This document shows positions 37,406-46,195 of a stretch of 52,826 nucleotides of DNA, piece after piece; within the stretch, counting starts at the first letter, position 1; each line of letters opens with the position of its first letter. Below the pieces are notes generated by a model. The model was not told where the DNA came from. It was given only the letters and a program-made list of their open reading frames with translations, and did not search any database. Position numbers and translations under genes: made by a program. The stretch spans positions 1 to 52,826 of IMG/VR virus record IMGVR_UViG_3300025098_000068; one strand, written 5' to 3'. Origin of the DNA: a virus (lineage: Duplodnaviria; Caudoviricetes).

Positions 37406-39809
37406 CCTACTAGATTTTGTTGATTTTGGTACAACCTTTTTTGGTAGTAGTGGAAAAAAGGAAGAACTAACTCGTAAAGAGTACACATCACAAAATGTAG
37501 ATTTTTATAAGCAAGGGCTAACAGATGTAGGTATCAAAGTTACTGATCCCGATAGGTGGAGTGACGACGATGAACCAAAACGTGATGTTGATATTTCTAA
37601 AGTTGGAATGTCAGATAATGATACTGTATTTACTCCTACTGACATTAGTAATTTAGGTACGGGATTTGAAGAAACACTTAGTAGTGGATCATCTCTTCTT
37701 GAATTACAAAATAATTTTATAGATTATAATACCTCGTTACAAGAAGCAGGATTTAAAGATAGAACAGACAGTCCAATGTATAAATCATTTGGTTTAGCAA
37801 CTGCCGCTGTTCCTCAATCTGCAAAGGAAGTAAAAAAAGATCTAAGTCTCAAGAATATATTAAGTCCCAAGACAGCAGTTCAAGCACTAGGTAAATTTAC
37901 AGGACTTAGCCCTGCTACAAATGTTTTAGCTGGAGCAATAGGGGGAACAACACTAAAAGATCCTCTCGGTAATCCTTCTTTTCGACCTAGTCATGCAGTT
38001 ATGGGATTAGCTTTTGACGCAAATATGTCAATACAAAGTTCGAATATCCAACAAAGCATTCAAGCAATGAATGCAAACAATTTAACTGGGTATGGAGGTG
38101 CAAAATCTCCCACTGGATTCTTTGGGTATGTAGGAGGGCAGCTTGTAAGCAGGGCCCCCAACGGCAGAACGTATTCTGGTGTAAATGCTGAGTATGGTAG
38201 AATGGCAGAAGCCTTCAGTAAAGGGTATGCTCCCACAGGGTATAATGTTGATACGGAGACAGGTACAACTTCGATTGCTGTTAGTACAGGTGGATTCAGA
38301 GGGTATACTGAAAAGGGGGCTATTGCATATGGCAATCAGACTGCACTTGCAGGATCGATGAAAGATGTTGAAGCTACAGGATCAAAGTATGGTATCACTA
38401 ATAAAGAAGTTATAAATGCTTTAGAAAAAGTAAGAAGCCAATATACTTGGCTAGGTAATCTTAAGAATAACGTAAAGAACCCAATAACGCTTTCTCAAGC
38501 ACTAGCTGAAAAAGCAAGCAGCGGCAGATACACAAGAGGATCTGATTTAGGAGACGCTGCAGGGTCAGTGGGATCGACAGGAGATTTAGGCGGAGCTACG
38601 GGTGCAGGGTACTCAACACCATCAAACGTAGCATCAGCTTCTAGTTTTGGAGATGGCGGAAGTAACGATACATCTCCGAGTGGTGATTCTAGTTCTATGG
38701 GAGAAGATTCATCAGGTGGTGGATACGCCACTGCTAAAGGAGGAAAAGTAGGAAACGGTTTTGCACTTGGCGGAAGAGGTACAGCCGAACCTGCAGGATT
38801 TATAGGCGGTCCTCCAGAGAACTACAGTGATGAAACAACCATTGCAGACGACATTCCACTCAAAGTAAAAGACGGAACATTTGTAATCAACGCTCCTGCT
38901 GTAGAATATGCAGGCTCTATCGATATACAAAAAATGCTAGCTGAAGGCTATCAAAAAGCCATGACTAGAGATATAGGGGTTGACAAAAACTTCAGAGTTG
39001 GTAAAATACCAAGTAGAGAAGAGTTAGATATACAAATATCTCGTGGCGAAGTTGTTGTCCCTCCACACGTAGCAAAAGCAATAGGCTACGACAGATTAGA
39101 AAAAATAAATAACAGAGGTAAACGTGAGGTAACACGCAGACAGCAAGAGAGTGGTCAAGAACAACCTCAAGATAAACAAGGCTTTGCTGCAAAAGGTGGT
39201 AATCAAAAAGTTACACTCTATAGAGGTGAGCCTTCAAAAATACCTAAAAGAGCTGCTCTACTTCAAGATAAATATACTGGTTCTTGGTTTTCTCCAAATA
39301 AAAATTTTACAAAAACATATGGTGAAGTTGCAAAAACTATGGAACTCACTTTTGACGAATATAAAAAAGGTGCAAAAAAAGCTTTCCTAAAGAAAAATAT
39401 AGCTCGACATATGACGGAAAAAGAAGAATCTAAGTTGCCTAAAAATTTAACAAAGAAAGAAAAATCTAGAATATTTCAGTCATTAAAGTACATAGATTAT
39501 ATGGCTAACGAAGTTAAAAGAGGAAACAGAAGTATCAAAGCCTTCACAGATCTTATGTACGAAGGAGTATTTCCAAAAGAAAAAGATAAAGCAACGATAA
39601 TGCTACTAGAGACTGCAAACAGAAGTCCTAAAGCTTTTGGAAAACTAGTAGTAGATAGTTTAGTTAAAAATGTTGTATCGAAGGGAGTGCCTATACTGGG
39701 AACAGTAACAGGATTTGCTCCCACAGAGATGGGAGATGCAACTCTTAGTGGTAAAGAAGGATTTATTTACGACTACACACCAATTAAGAATCCGTCAGCT
39801 ACCCAGTAA
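37398..39809 (+). CDS. Multidomain putative virion protein with C-terminal ADP-ribosyltransferase-like domain
   Basis: FALGG...DDIP..V..G.FVI motif (twice, degenerate); LYRG...WFS...YG...YEGVFP. Confidence 0.55.
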   Translation: MSSLLDFVDFGTTFFGSSGKKEELTRKEYTSQNVDFYKQGLTDVGIKVTDPDRWSDDDEPKRDVDISKVGMSDNDTVFTPTDISNLGTGFEETLSSGSSLLELQNNFIDYNTSLQEAGFKDRTDSPMYKSFGLATAAVPQSAKEVKKDLSLKNILSPKTAVQALGKFTGLSPATNVLAGAIGGTTLKDPLGNPSFRPSHAVMGLAFDANMSIQSSNIQQSIQAMNANNLTGYGGAKSPTGFFGYVGGQLVSRAPNGRTYSGVNAEYGRMAEAFSKGYAPTGYNVDTETGTTSIAVSTGGFRGYTEKGAIAYGNQTALAGSMKDVEATGSKYGITNKEVINALEKVRSQYTWLGNLKNNVKNPITLSQALAEKASSGRYTRGSDLGDAAGSVGSTGDLGGATGAGYSTPSNVASASSFGDGGSNDTSPSGDSSSMGEDSSGGGYATAKGGKVGNGFALGGRGTAEPAGFIGGPPENYSDETTIADDIPLKVKDGTFVINAPAVEYAGSIDIQKMLAEGYQKAMTRDIGVDKNFRVGKIPSREELDIQISRGEVVVPPHVAKAIGYDRLEKINNRGKREVTRRQQESGQEQPQDKQGFAAKGGNQKVTLYRGEPSKIPKRAALLQDKYTGSWFSPNKNFTKTYGEVAKTMELTFDEYKKGAKKAFLKKNIARHMTEKEESKLPKNLTKKEKSRIFQSLKYIDYMANEVKRGNRSIKAFTDLMYEGVFPKEKDKATIMLLETANRSPKAFGKLVVDSLVKNVVSKGVPILGTVTGFAPTEMGDATLSGKEGFIYDYTPIKNPSATQ

Positions 39810-39861
39810 TATCACTGGCCCTGACAAACCGAAGCAGCTACCCACAGCCATGTGGCACTGC
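39794..39861 (+). promoter_or_regulatory. Tandem RNA hairpins with a shared internal loop, in the scaffold gene leader
   Basis: GTCAG-CTAC-CCAGT/ACTGG-CC-CTGAC and GCAG-CTAC-CCACA/TGTGG-CA-CTGC. Confidence 0.7.
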
Positions 39862-39881
39862 AATAAATGAGGTAAAATACA

Positions 39882-40790
39882 ATGGCAAAACAAGTAAAAG
39901 GTGCGAGAGCAAACAAACCGAATGACTCCTTTGGAGTTCTTAACAATCCAAATCTTTATAAAAATAAATATCGTGAAGAAGTGGATAGAGACGATGATGA
40001 CGATGAAGTACAAGCTCAAGACCCCACTCAAGAAGAAGAACAACAAGAAGTGGCTACTCAAGGAGAAGGTACAAGTTTCGTAGAATCAAAACAGCCAGCA
40101 GAAGAACACGATTACAAAAAGCGTTACGATGATCTTAAAAAACATTACGATGCTAAACTCAATGAGTTCAAAAGTGAGCGTGAACAGCTAGCCAGTGAGA
40201 TAAAAGCAATTAAAGAAAACATGCAAAGTTTACCACAAGGAACTGTTCCACCCAAATCTGCAGAAGAGCTTCAGGAGTTTAAAGAAAAGTACCCTGATGT
40301 TTTTGAAGTAGTGGAAACTGTTTCTGGTTTAAAAACTGAGCAGACAGTTGCTAGTCTACGAGAAGAAATCCAAGTCGTTAAAGAGAGGGAGAAAGCTCTT
40401 AAGAAAGAGAAAGCATATGAAGAACTACTTCGTTTGCACCCTGATTTTGGTACGTTAAAGAGTGATGAGAAATTCATTGCTTGGCTCGATGATCAGCCTG
40501 AAGAACTAAGCAACGGTATATATAAAAACAATACTAATGCTAAGTGGGCTGCTAAAATAGTATCTCTTTACAAAGCAGAAATGGGCATATCTGCGAAAAA
40601 ACCAACCAAGTCTATGAAAAGTGATCCAGCAGCTACGGTGACTAAAACTCAACCAAAAGATGTTGCGATAACTGATCAAAAAGGAAAGATTTGGAAAGTG
40701 TCTGAAATCGCCAAACTTAAGCCGTGGGAATTCGAGAAACTTGAAAAAGAAATCGACCTAGCACGACAAGAAGGGCGAATAACTCAATAA
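39882..40790 (+). CDS. Capsid scaffolding protein
   Basis: Acidic coiled coil, DYKKRYDDLK, ends A..EGRI; directly before the capsid gene. Confidence 0.8.
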   Translation: MAKQVKGARANKPNDSFGVLNNPNLYKNKYREEVDRDDDDDEVQAQDPTQEEEQQEVATQGEGTSFVESKQPAEEHDYKKRYDDLKKHYDAKLNEFKSEREQLASEIKAIKENMQSLPQGTVPPKSAEELQEFKEKYPDVFEVVETVSGLKTEQTVASLREEIQVVKEREKALKKEKAYEELLRLHPDFGTLKSDEKFIAWLDDQPEELSNGIYKNNTNAKWAAKIVSLYKAEMGISAKKPTKSMKSDPAATVTKTQPKDVAITDQKGKIWKVSEIAKLKPWEFEKLEKEIDLARQEGRITQ

Positions 40791-40819
40791 CTAACCTCAA
40801 ATAGAGGAAGGATAGAAAA

Positions 40820-41809
40820 ATGGCTTTTAATTCAGCTTCAGGGTACAATAATTTACCGTCAGGTAATTTTGCTCCCGAAATCTTTAGCCAAAAAGTTCTT
40901 AAGTTCTTCCGTAGAGCTTCGGTTGCAGAAGATATTACGAATACCGACTATACTGGCGAAATTGAAAACTTTGGTGATACTGTTAACATAATGAAAGAAC
41001 CAACACTGACTGTGTCTTCATATTCAAGAGGTTCTGTAGTTAACCCACAAGACTTGGCAGACGATCAAATAACATTGACTGTCGACCAAGCCAATGCTTT
41101 CGCATTCAAAATAGACGACATCGAAGAGAGACACTCTCACATTAACTTTGAAGCACTAGCAACTTCTTCAGGTGCTTATGCTCTAAAGAGAAAGTTCGAT
41201 GCAAACGTTCTTCAAAGCTTATCTGACGGTGCTGGAATTGCGGCATCTGCAGTATCAGGTACAACTTTAACAACTACTGCTGCGGCAGGTACATTAGGAA
41301 CAGCCGCTGCTCCTATCAACATCGAGACAGACGACAATGGTATCAACATGATGCTTGCGATGGCTAGACTTCTTGATGATGAGTCTGTACCTGAAGAGAA
41401 CAGATGGTTTGTAGCACCTCCAATCTTTTATGAGAAAGCTTTCCAAGCAGGAAACAAAATTGCTGAAGTTCAGGTAACTGGCGACGGTACTTCTCCTTTA
41501 AGAAATGGTCTTGCAACAGTCGGAACTCTTGCTGGTTTTAGATGTTACAAGTCTACTGCTTTAAATAGCACAGGCGGAATTGATCAGGTAACATTAACAG
41601 ATGCTTCTGGTACATTAGCTACTGACGCAACTGAGAATGTTATTTTAGCAGGTCACATTTCATCATGTGCAACAGCGTCCCACATCGCAAAGACTGAAGT
41701 GGTACGTTCAACTGAATCATTCTCCGACGTCGTTAGAGGATTGCATGTTTTTGGAAGAAAAGTTCTAAGACAAGAAGCAATCGTTCGTGGCGTTGTAGAC
41801 TTTGCTTAA
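40820..41809 (+). CDS. Major capsid protein
   Basis: PEIFSQKVL, GDTVNI, DVVRGLHVFGRKVL; 329 aa after the scaffold. Confidence 0.9.
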   Translation: MAFNSASGYNNLPSGNFAPEIFSQKVLKFFRRASVAEDITNTDYTGEIENFGDTVNIMKEPTLTVSSYSRGSVVNPQDLADDQITLTVDQANAFAFKIDDIEERHSHINFEALATSSGAYALKRKFDANVLQSLSDGAGIAASAVSGTTLTTTAAAGTLGTAAAPINIETDDNGINMMLAMARLLDDESVPEENRWFVAPPIFYEKAFQAGNKIAEVQVTGDGTSPLRNGLATVGTLAGFRCYKSTALNSTGGIDQVTLTDASGTLATDATENVILAGHISSCATASHIAKTEVVRSTESFSDVVRGLHVFGRKVLRQEAIVRGVVDFA

Positions 41810-41822
41810 GGGAGACTAGATA

Positions 41823-42239
41823 ATGCCCGATTATACTATTACTGGTGCTACTGCTGGCGTTCCGCTCGGCATTAAACCTCAGATCGTTGAAGTTGTTCTA
41901 GACTTCTCATCAACAGACCTAACTACATCAGACTCAGTGGAAGTTTTTGAAATGAAAGCTAACACACTTGTTCTTATGGCAGGTCTTGAGGTTCTTACTT
42001 TAGCATCAACTGGTTCTCCAGTTCTTGACTTAGGTGATGATGCAAATGATGATGTCTTTGCAGCCGCAGTTGCAGGTCACACTGCTTTAGCTTCAGGCAC
42101 AACAAGTGTAGGTAAGTTCTACACTGCAGCCGATACTATTGACTTGATTGCTAATACAGCAACTTTCGATGGTAAGGTTAGAGTGTACGCAGTTATCGCA
42201 GAACTTGGTACTGCAGAAACAGCAGCAGCTTTTGCTTAA
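41823..42239 (+). CDS. Putative capsid decoration/minor capsid protein
   Basis: A/T/G-rich beta protein right after the capsid gene. Confidence 0.6.
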   Translation: MPDYTITGATAGVPLGIKPQIVEVVLDFSSTDLTTSDSVEVFEMKANTLVLMAGLEVLTLASTGSPVLDLGDDANDDVFAAAVAGHTALASGTTSVGKFYTAADTIDLIANTATFDGKVRVYAVIAELGTAETAAAFA

Positions 42240-42248
42240 ATAACTAAC

Positions 42249-42278
42249 TCAAGGGGGCAGGGCAACTTGCCCTCTTGA
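42249..42278 (+). terminator. GCAA-tetraloop hairpin after the capsid genes (terminator or stabiliser; no U-tract)
   Basis: TCAAGGGGGCAGG-GCAA-CTTGCCCTCTTGA; 3' arm overlaps TTGACA at 42275. Confidence 0.55.
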
Positions 42279-42312
42279 CAATCACAATTTAAATTTATAA
42301 GGGTATGTAAAA

Positions 42313-42669
42313 ATGGGTCTCACACTGTTTGATAAAACTATGAAAATGAAAGCAAAAGATGCTAGGGGTAAACTTTCTAAAAAAGATGTAGCCGATTTTA
42401 AAGAAATGAAAAGTTATTTAAAACCATCAGTTGCAAAACAAATTAATAATATGATTACTAATTTAAGTAAAATAACAAAAAGCAAAAAAACCAGTTCAAC
42501 TCAAAAAGCTATTGCTAGAGGCAACATTAAACAAGCTGTTAGAACAGTTGGTAAAATGGACGGTGGCGTAAAAGCACAGAGAATAGCTAAAAAAGGTGGT
42601 AATCCTGATATCCAAAAGAAACAGGGATTCGTTGGTCAAACTAGAGAAAAGTATAAAAAGGGCAACTAA
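42313..42669 (+). CDS. Lys-rich basic protein
   Basis: ORF coupled to the next gene. Confidence 0.65.
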   Translation: MGLTLFDKTMKMKAKDARGKLSKKDVADFKEMKSYLKPSVAKQINNMITNLSKITKSKKTSSTQKAIARGNIKQAVRTVGKMDGGVKAQRIAKKGGNPDIQKKQGFVGQTREKYKKGN

Positions 42670-42956
42670 TGTCTGAGAAAGGTACAATGAAAGGTCACAC
42701 CATCAAAGGTGGTCACAAACGCCCAACTAAAAAGGGTGCGGGTATGACTAAGAAAGGTGTTGCTAAGTATCGAAGGGATAATCCCGGATCAAAGCTTAAG
42801 ACAGCAGTAACTGGCAAAGTCAAGCCGGGGAGCAAAGCTGCCAAACGTAGAAAGTCCTACTGTGCAAGAAGTGCAGGGCAAATGAAAAAGTTTCCTAAAG
42901 CAGCAAAAGATCCGAATAGTCGTTTGAGACAGGCTAGAAAGAGATGGAAATGTTAA
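42669..42956 (+). CDS. Basic protein, DUF6321-like
   Basis: NPGSKLKTAVT...RRKSYCARS...RKRWKC. Confidence 0.75.
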   Translation: MSEKGTMKGHTIKGGHKRPTKKGAGMTKKGVAKYRRDNPGSKLKTAVTGKVKPGSKAAKRRKSYCARSAGQMKKFPKAAKDPNSRLRQARKRWKC

Positions 42957-43054
42957 TTTCAATTAATTTCACACTATTTAAATTTTTTAATACCATAGCC
43001 ACCAAGTTTTACAATCGTTACGTGCAAATGTTACACAAGTCACAAGGTAGATAA
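42950..43054 (+). CDS. 34-aa hypothetical peptide
   Basis: Read by hand; coupled at both ends. Confidence 0.45.
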   Translation: MLISINFTLFKFFNTIATKFYNRYVQMLHKSQGR

Positions 43055-43263
43055 TGGTCACAGTTGAGCAGTTTCTGAAATGGAAAATACTCCCAAGATG
43101 TATGATGCTTGCAAGCACAGTCATGTCTTGGAGATGTGCTGAGTGGTTCATGGACTTAGATGCACCCACAGCAGCTCAATCAGCATTTGTATCCGTCGTT
43201 ATGGGCGTGATGACAGGGGTATTTGGTATTTGGATGGGTCACGAACACAAGGAGCATAAGTAA
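43054..43263 (+). CDS. Two-TM membrane protein (holin-like)
   Basis: Two hydrophobic segments, W.ILPR motif. Confidence 0.6.
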   Translation: MVTVEQFLKWKILPRCMMLASTVMSWRCAEWFMDLDAPTAAQSAFVSVVMGVMTGVFGIWMGHEHKEHK

Positions 43264-43655
43264 TGTTAACAGCGTTAATAGGTCCTATTGCTAATCTTGC
43301 AGGTTCGTGGATGGAAAGCAAGGTAGAGAAAGTCAAGGCTGATGGTCAAGCTAAAGTAGCACAAGCCAAAGCTAAAGCAGTCGTCGCAGAAAAAGTAGCA
43401 GCAGGAGAAGTTGCTTGGGAGAAGTCTATGGCAGATGCCACAGATGGATCATGGAAAGACGAGTTTGCACTTATTGTCCTTCTACTACCTGCTATATTAG
43501 TCTTCATTCCTAGCATGACAGAATATGTACGAGCAGGGTTTGAAGTTTTGAATACGTTACCAGATTGGTATCAGTATCTTTTATTTATAGCCGTTAGTTC
43601 TTCTTTTGGAATTAAGGGTGTTGGTCAAGCGATGAAACTGATGGGGAAAAAGTGA
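43263..43655 (+). CDS. Putative holin
   Basis: SWKDE...TM...LPDWYQY...SFG pattern. Confidence 0.65.
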   Translation: MLTALIGPIANLAGSWMESKVEKVKADGQAKVAQAKAKAVVAEKVAAGEVAWEKSMADATDGSWKDEFALIVLLLPAILVFIPSMTEYVRAGFEVLNTLPDWYQYLLFIAVSSSFGIKGVGQAMKLMGKK

Positions 43656-43900
43656 TGTCAAACATAATCGAAACAAACTTTGGTACATTAATTAATCCTG
43701 CGAGAGTAGCAAATGGAAGTGCTTCTAGTATTGTAAAGAAGGGAGCTTTCTACATATTCTCACTCAAGATAAGCAATGATGATATAAGAGAGTATTCTTT
43801 TACTGACAGACAGAGAGCAGAAAAGATGAGAAAGATTCTTATAAGTCACTTAGAACACATGATCAGTGGTAGAGCGAGGAAAGCAAATGGCACTAACTAA
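43652..43900 (+). CDS. Hypothetical protein
   Basis: Coupled ORF. Confidence 0.65.
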   Translation: MMSNIIETNFGTLINPARVANGSASSIVKKGAFYIFSLKISNDDIREYSFTDRQRAEKMRKILISHLEHMISGRARKANGTN

Positions 43901-44036
43901 ACGACAACAGACAACCATGAAAAAACATTCAAAACACCATACTAAAAAACATATGGATAGTATGACTAAGGCTATGAAGAAGGGTAAAACATTTACTAAG
44001 GCACATAAACTAGCAATGAAAAAAGTAGGAAAGTAG
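43887..44036 (+). CDS. 49-aa His/Lys-rich basic protein
   Basis: Read by hand: KKHSKHHTKKHM...FTKAHKLAMKKVGK; GAGG SD. Confidence 0.7.
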   Translation: MALTKRQQTTMKKHSKHHTKKHMDSMTKAMKKGKTFTKAHKLAMKKVGK

Positions 44037-44037
44037 C

Positions 44038-44202
44038 ATGGCAGCAAAGAAAAAGAAAAGTGGAAGTCCTAAACCAAAGAACCCAAAGCTCTATGCTTCA
44101 GTAAAAGCTGCGGCCAAGAAGAAATTTAAGGTGTACCCTTCGGCATATGCAAATGCTTGGTTAGTACGTGAGTACAAGAAACGTGGTGGTACTTACGCAT
44201 GA
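44038..44202 (+). CDS. 54-aa basic protein (DUF5872-like N-half)
   Basis: Read by hand: YPSAYANAWLVREYKKRGGTY. Confidence 0.7.
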   Translation: MAAKKKKSGSPKPKNPKLYASVKAAAKKKFKVYPSAYANAWLVREYKKRGGTYA

Positions 44203-44429
44203 GTTTAACCAAGTGGTTTAAAGAAGATTGGCGGGATGTCAAGACAGGCAAAAAGTGCGGCCGTTCTGGTAAAGAAAAAAAGAAAAGACCTTATCCTGCC
44301 TGCAGACCTAAAGCCGTAGCAAGTAAGATAAGTAAGAAAGAAGCAAGTAAAAAGACAGGACCTGCAAAAGTAAAGTGGTCTGTTACTGCATCAGGTCGAA
44401 AACGTAAGACAACAAGGAAGAAAGCATGA
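44199..44429 (+). CDS. Basic protein (DUF5872-like C-half)
   Basis: LTKWFKEDW...CGR...YPACRP. Confidence 0.7.
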   Translation: MSLTKWFKEDWRDVKTGKKCGRSGKEKKKRPYPACRPKAVASKISKKEASKKTGPAKVKWSVTASGRKRKTTRKKA

Positions 44430-44968
44430 GTAGTGACAAATACACTAATCAACCTAGAAAACCTCAAATGGAAGCTTCTCTTAATTTAAAAAGAAAAAGA
44501 AATCAAAAAGTAACAGGTAGTTTGTATTATGAAGGCTCAAAGACAAAAGACGAATTTAAACCTAATAAATATGTAACTGTAAAACAAAAGTCTAAAACAA
44601 AAACATTAAGTGGAAATGTAAGTTTTGATTTAAATCCTGTTCGAGCAACTTTGTTCGGTTCTAAAGCTAGAACAAAGGGGGCTTATTCAGAGCAAGTACC
44701 ATTCGGGACTTATGAGGGTACGTGGAAGAATATAGAGAAGAATATAGGCGGTGCATTAGGGTATCAAGTAAACGAAAACAACAGAGTTGGTATACAGGTA
44801 AACAAGAGGTTTTTTGAAAACCAAAAAGGCAGTGAAAATCAAGTTAGTTTAAATTATTCTGTAATGGATCTAGGTGGCGGTAATCTTGATGTTTCTTTAA
44901 CAGGTACAGACCCTTTTAGTGGTAAAAAAACAAAAGCAATGAACTTACGATACAAGGTAGACTTTTAA
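44426..44968 (+). CDS. Beta-barrel-like protein ending LRYKVDF
   Basis: Alternating hydrophobic strands, C-terminal Phe, no signal peptide. Confidence 0.5.
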   Translation: MSSDKYTNQPRKPQMEASLNLKRKRNQKVTGSLYYEGSKTKDEFKPNKYVTVKQKSKTKTLSGNVSFDLNPVRATLFGSKARTKGAYSEQVPFGTYEGTWKNIEKNIGGALGYQVNENNRVGIQVNKRFFENQKGSENQVSLNYSVMDLGGGNLDVSLTGTDPFSGKKTKAMNLRYKVDF

Positions 44969-44969
44969 A

Positions 44970-45455
44970 ATGAAATATGAACGCAGTGAACTAGTTAAGA
45001 TGATAGCTTTACATGAAGGACTCCGATTACAAGTCTATCAGGATCATCTAGGCATAGATACGATTGGAATCGGTCGTAACTTGGAAGACAGGGGTATCAC
45101 AGATGGTGAACTATCTTTTATAAACAAAACTATGGAAGATGTTTACGAAGTTGGTCTTACTGAAGAAGAAGCCTACTATCTTTGCATGAATGACATAGCA
45201 ATTGTAGAAAAAGAGCTACTAGAACGAAAGCCACTTGTAAATCAACTTAGCGATGTACGACAAATGGTGCTTGTTGATATGGCATTTAATATGGGTGTTC
45301 CTCGTCTTATGAAATTTAAAAACATGTGGATGGCGATAGAAAAAGTGAACTATCCTTTAGCTTGTGAAGAGATGATTGATTCAAGATGGGCTAATCAAGT
45401 AGGCAACAGAGCTATGAAATTATCTTTGGCTATGAAAAATGGGGAGTGGATATGA
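44970..45455 (+). CDS. Lysozyme (GH24/T4-like endolysin)
   Basis: HEG.R...Y.D..G..TIGIG; MAFNMG; SRWANQV..RA. Confidence 0.9.
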   Translation: MKYERSELVKMIALHEGLRLQVYQDHLGIDTIGIGRNLEDRGITDGELSFINKTMEDVYEVGLTEEEAYYLCMNDIAIVEKELLERKPLVNQLSDVRQMVLVDMAFNMGVPRLMKFKNMWMAIEKVNYPLACEEMIDSRWANQVGNRAMKLSLAMKNGEWI

Positions 45456-45571
45456 CCGAAGAAAAGAAGAAATGTGCAACGTGTGAATGTTACGAGTGTG
45501 ACTGCGAAGAGTGCAATTGCGAATGCCACAAAGAAGATAATGATGAGGAGGTACAAGGAGTACCAGTGTGA
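45452..45571 (+). CDS. 39-aa Cys-rich metallothionein-like peptide
   Basis: Read by hand: CATCECYECDCEECNCECH; GGGGAG SD; coupled at both ends. Confidence 0.65.
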   Translation: MTEEKKKCATCECYECDCEECNCECHKEDNDEEVQGVPV

Positions 45572-45750
45572 TTGAGTTCGTACTAGTGGTTATGATGGGA
45601 TTAAAGATAATAGACCAAACACAAACCTTCGATAACATAGATAGATGTCTGTACTTTGCAGTAAGATTAAATGATCAAGCATCTATACCACAAAGGGAAG
45701 GACCTAACTTACAAATAACAGCGTATTGTAAACCGACAAGGAAAAAGTAA
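45568..45750 (+). CDS. Small protein with hydrophobic N-terminus and two Cys
   Basis: GTG start with AAGGAG SD. Confidence 0.7.
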   Translation: MIEFVLVVMMGLKIIDQTQTFDNIDRCLYFAVRLNDQASIPQREGPNLQITAYCKPTRKK

Positions 45751-45751
45751 G

Positions 45752-46195
45752 ATGTTAGCAGAATTAGCCGCAGCAAATGCCGCCTTTTCGGTTATCAAGC
45801 AATTTGTGTCCAATGGAAAAGAACTGAGTGGATGTGCGAAACATATAAGCGATTTTGTATTTTCAAAGGAAGCAATAGAAAAGAACCTTAAAAAGAAAAA
45901 AGCTAAAGGTGTAGGTGGCACAGACCTAGAAGAGTTCATGGCTCTTGAGCAGATAAAAGAAAAAGAAGAAGAACTCAAGAAAATGATGATCTACTTAGGT
46001 CGCCCCGGATTGTGGCAAGATTGGCAAGCCTTTCAAGCCGAAGCTCGTAAATCCAGACGCTATCAAGAAAAAATGGAAGAGAAGCGTAGAGAAGAGTTGA
46101 TGGAATACGTAGGCTACGGAATAGCCTTTATAGTTGTATTATTCTTTGCAGGATTGATGGCATGGTTTGCAGGCAAGTGGATGGGAAGATTTTGA
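45752..46195 (+). CDS. Coiled-coil protein with C-terminal TM helix
   Basis: ORF, operon context. Confidence 0.75.
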   Translation: MLAELAAANAAFSVIKQFVSNGKELSGCAKHISDFVFSKEAIEKNLKKKKAKGVGGTDLEEFMALEQIKEKEEELKKMMIYLGRPGLWQDWQAFQAEARKSRRYQEKMEEKRREELMEYVGYGIAFIVVLFFAGLMAWFAGKWMGRF

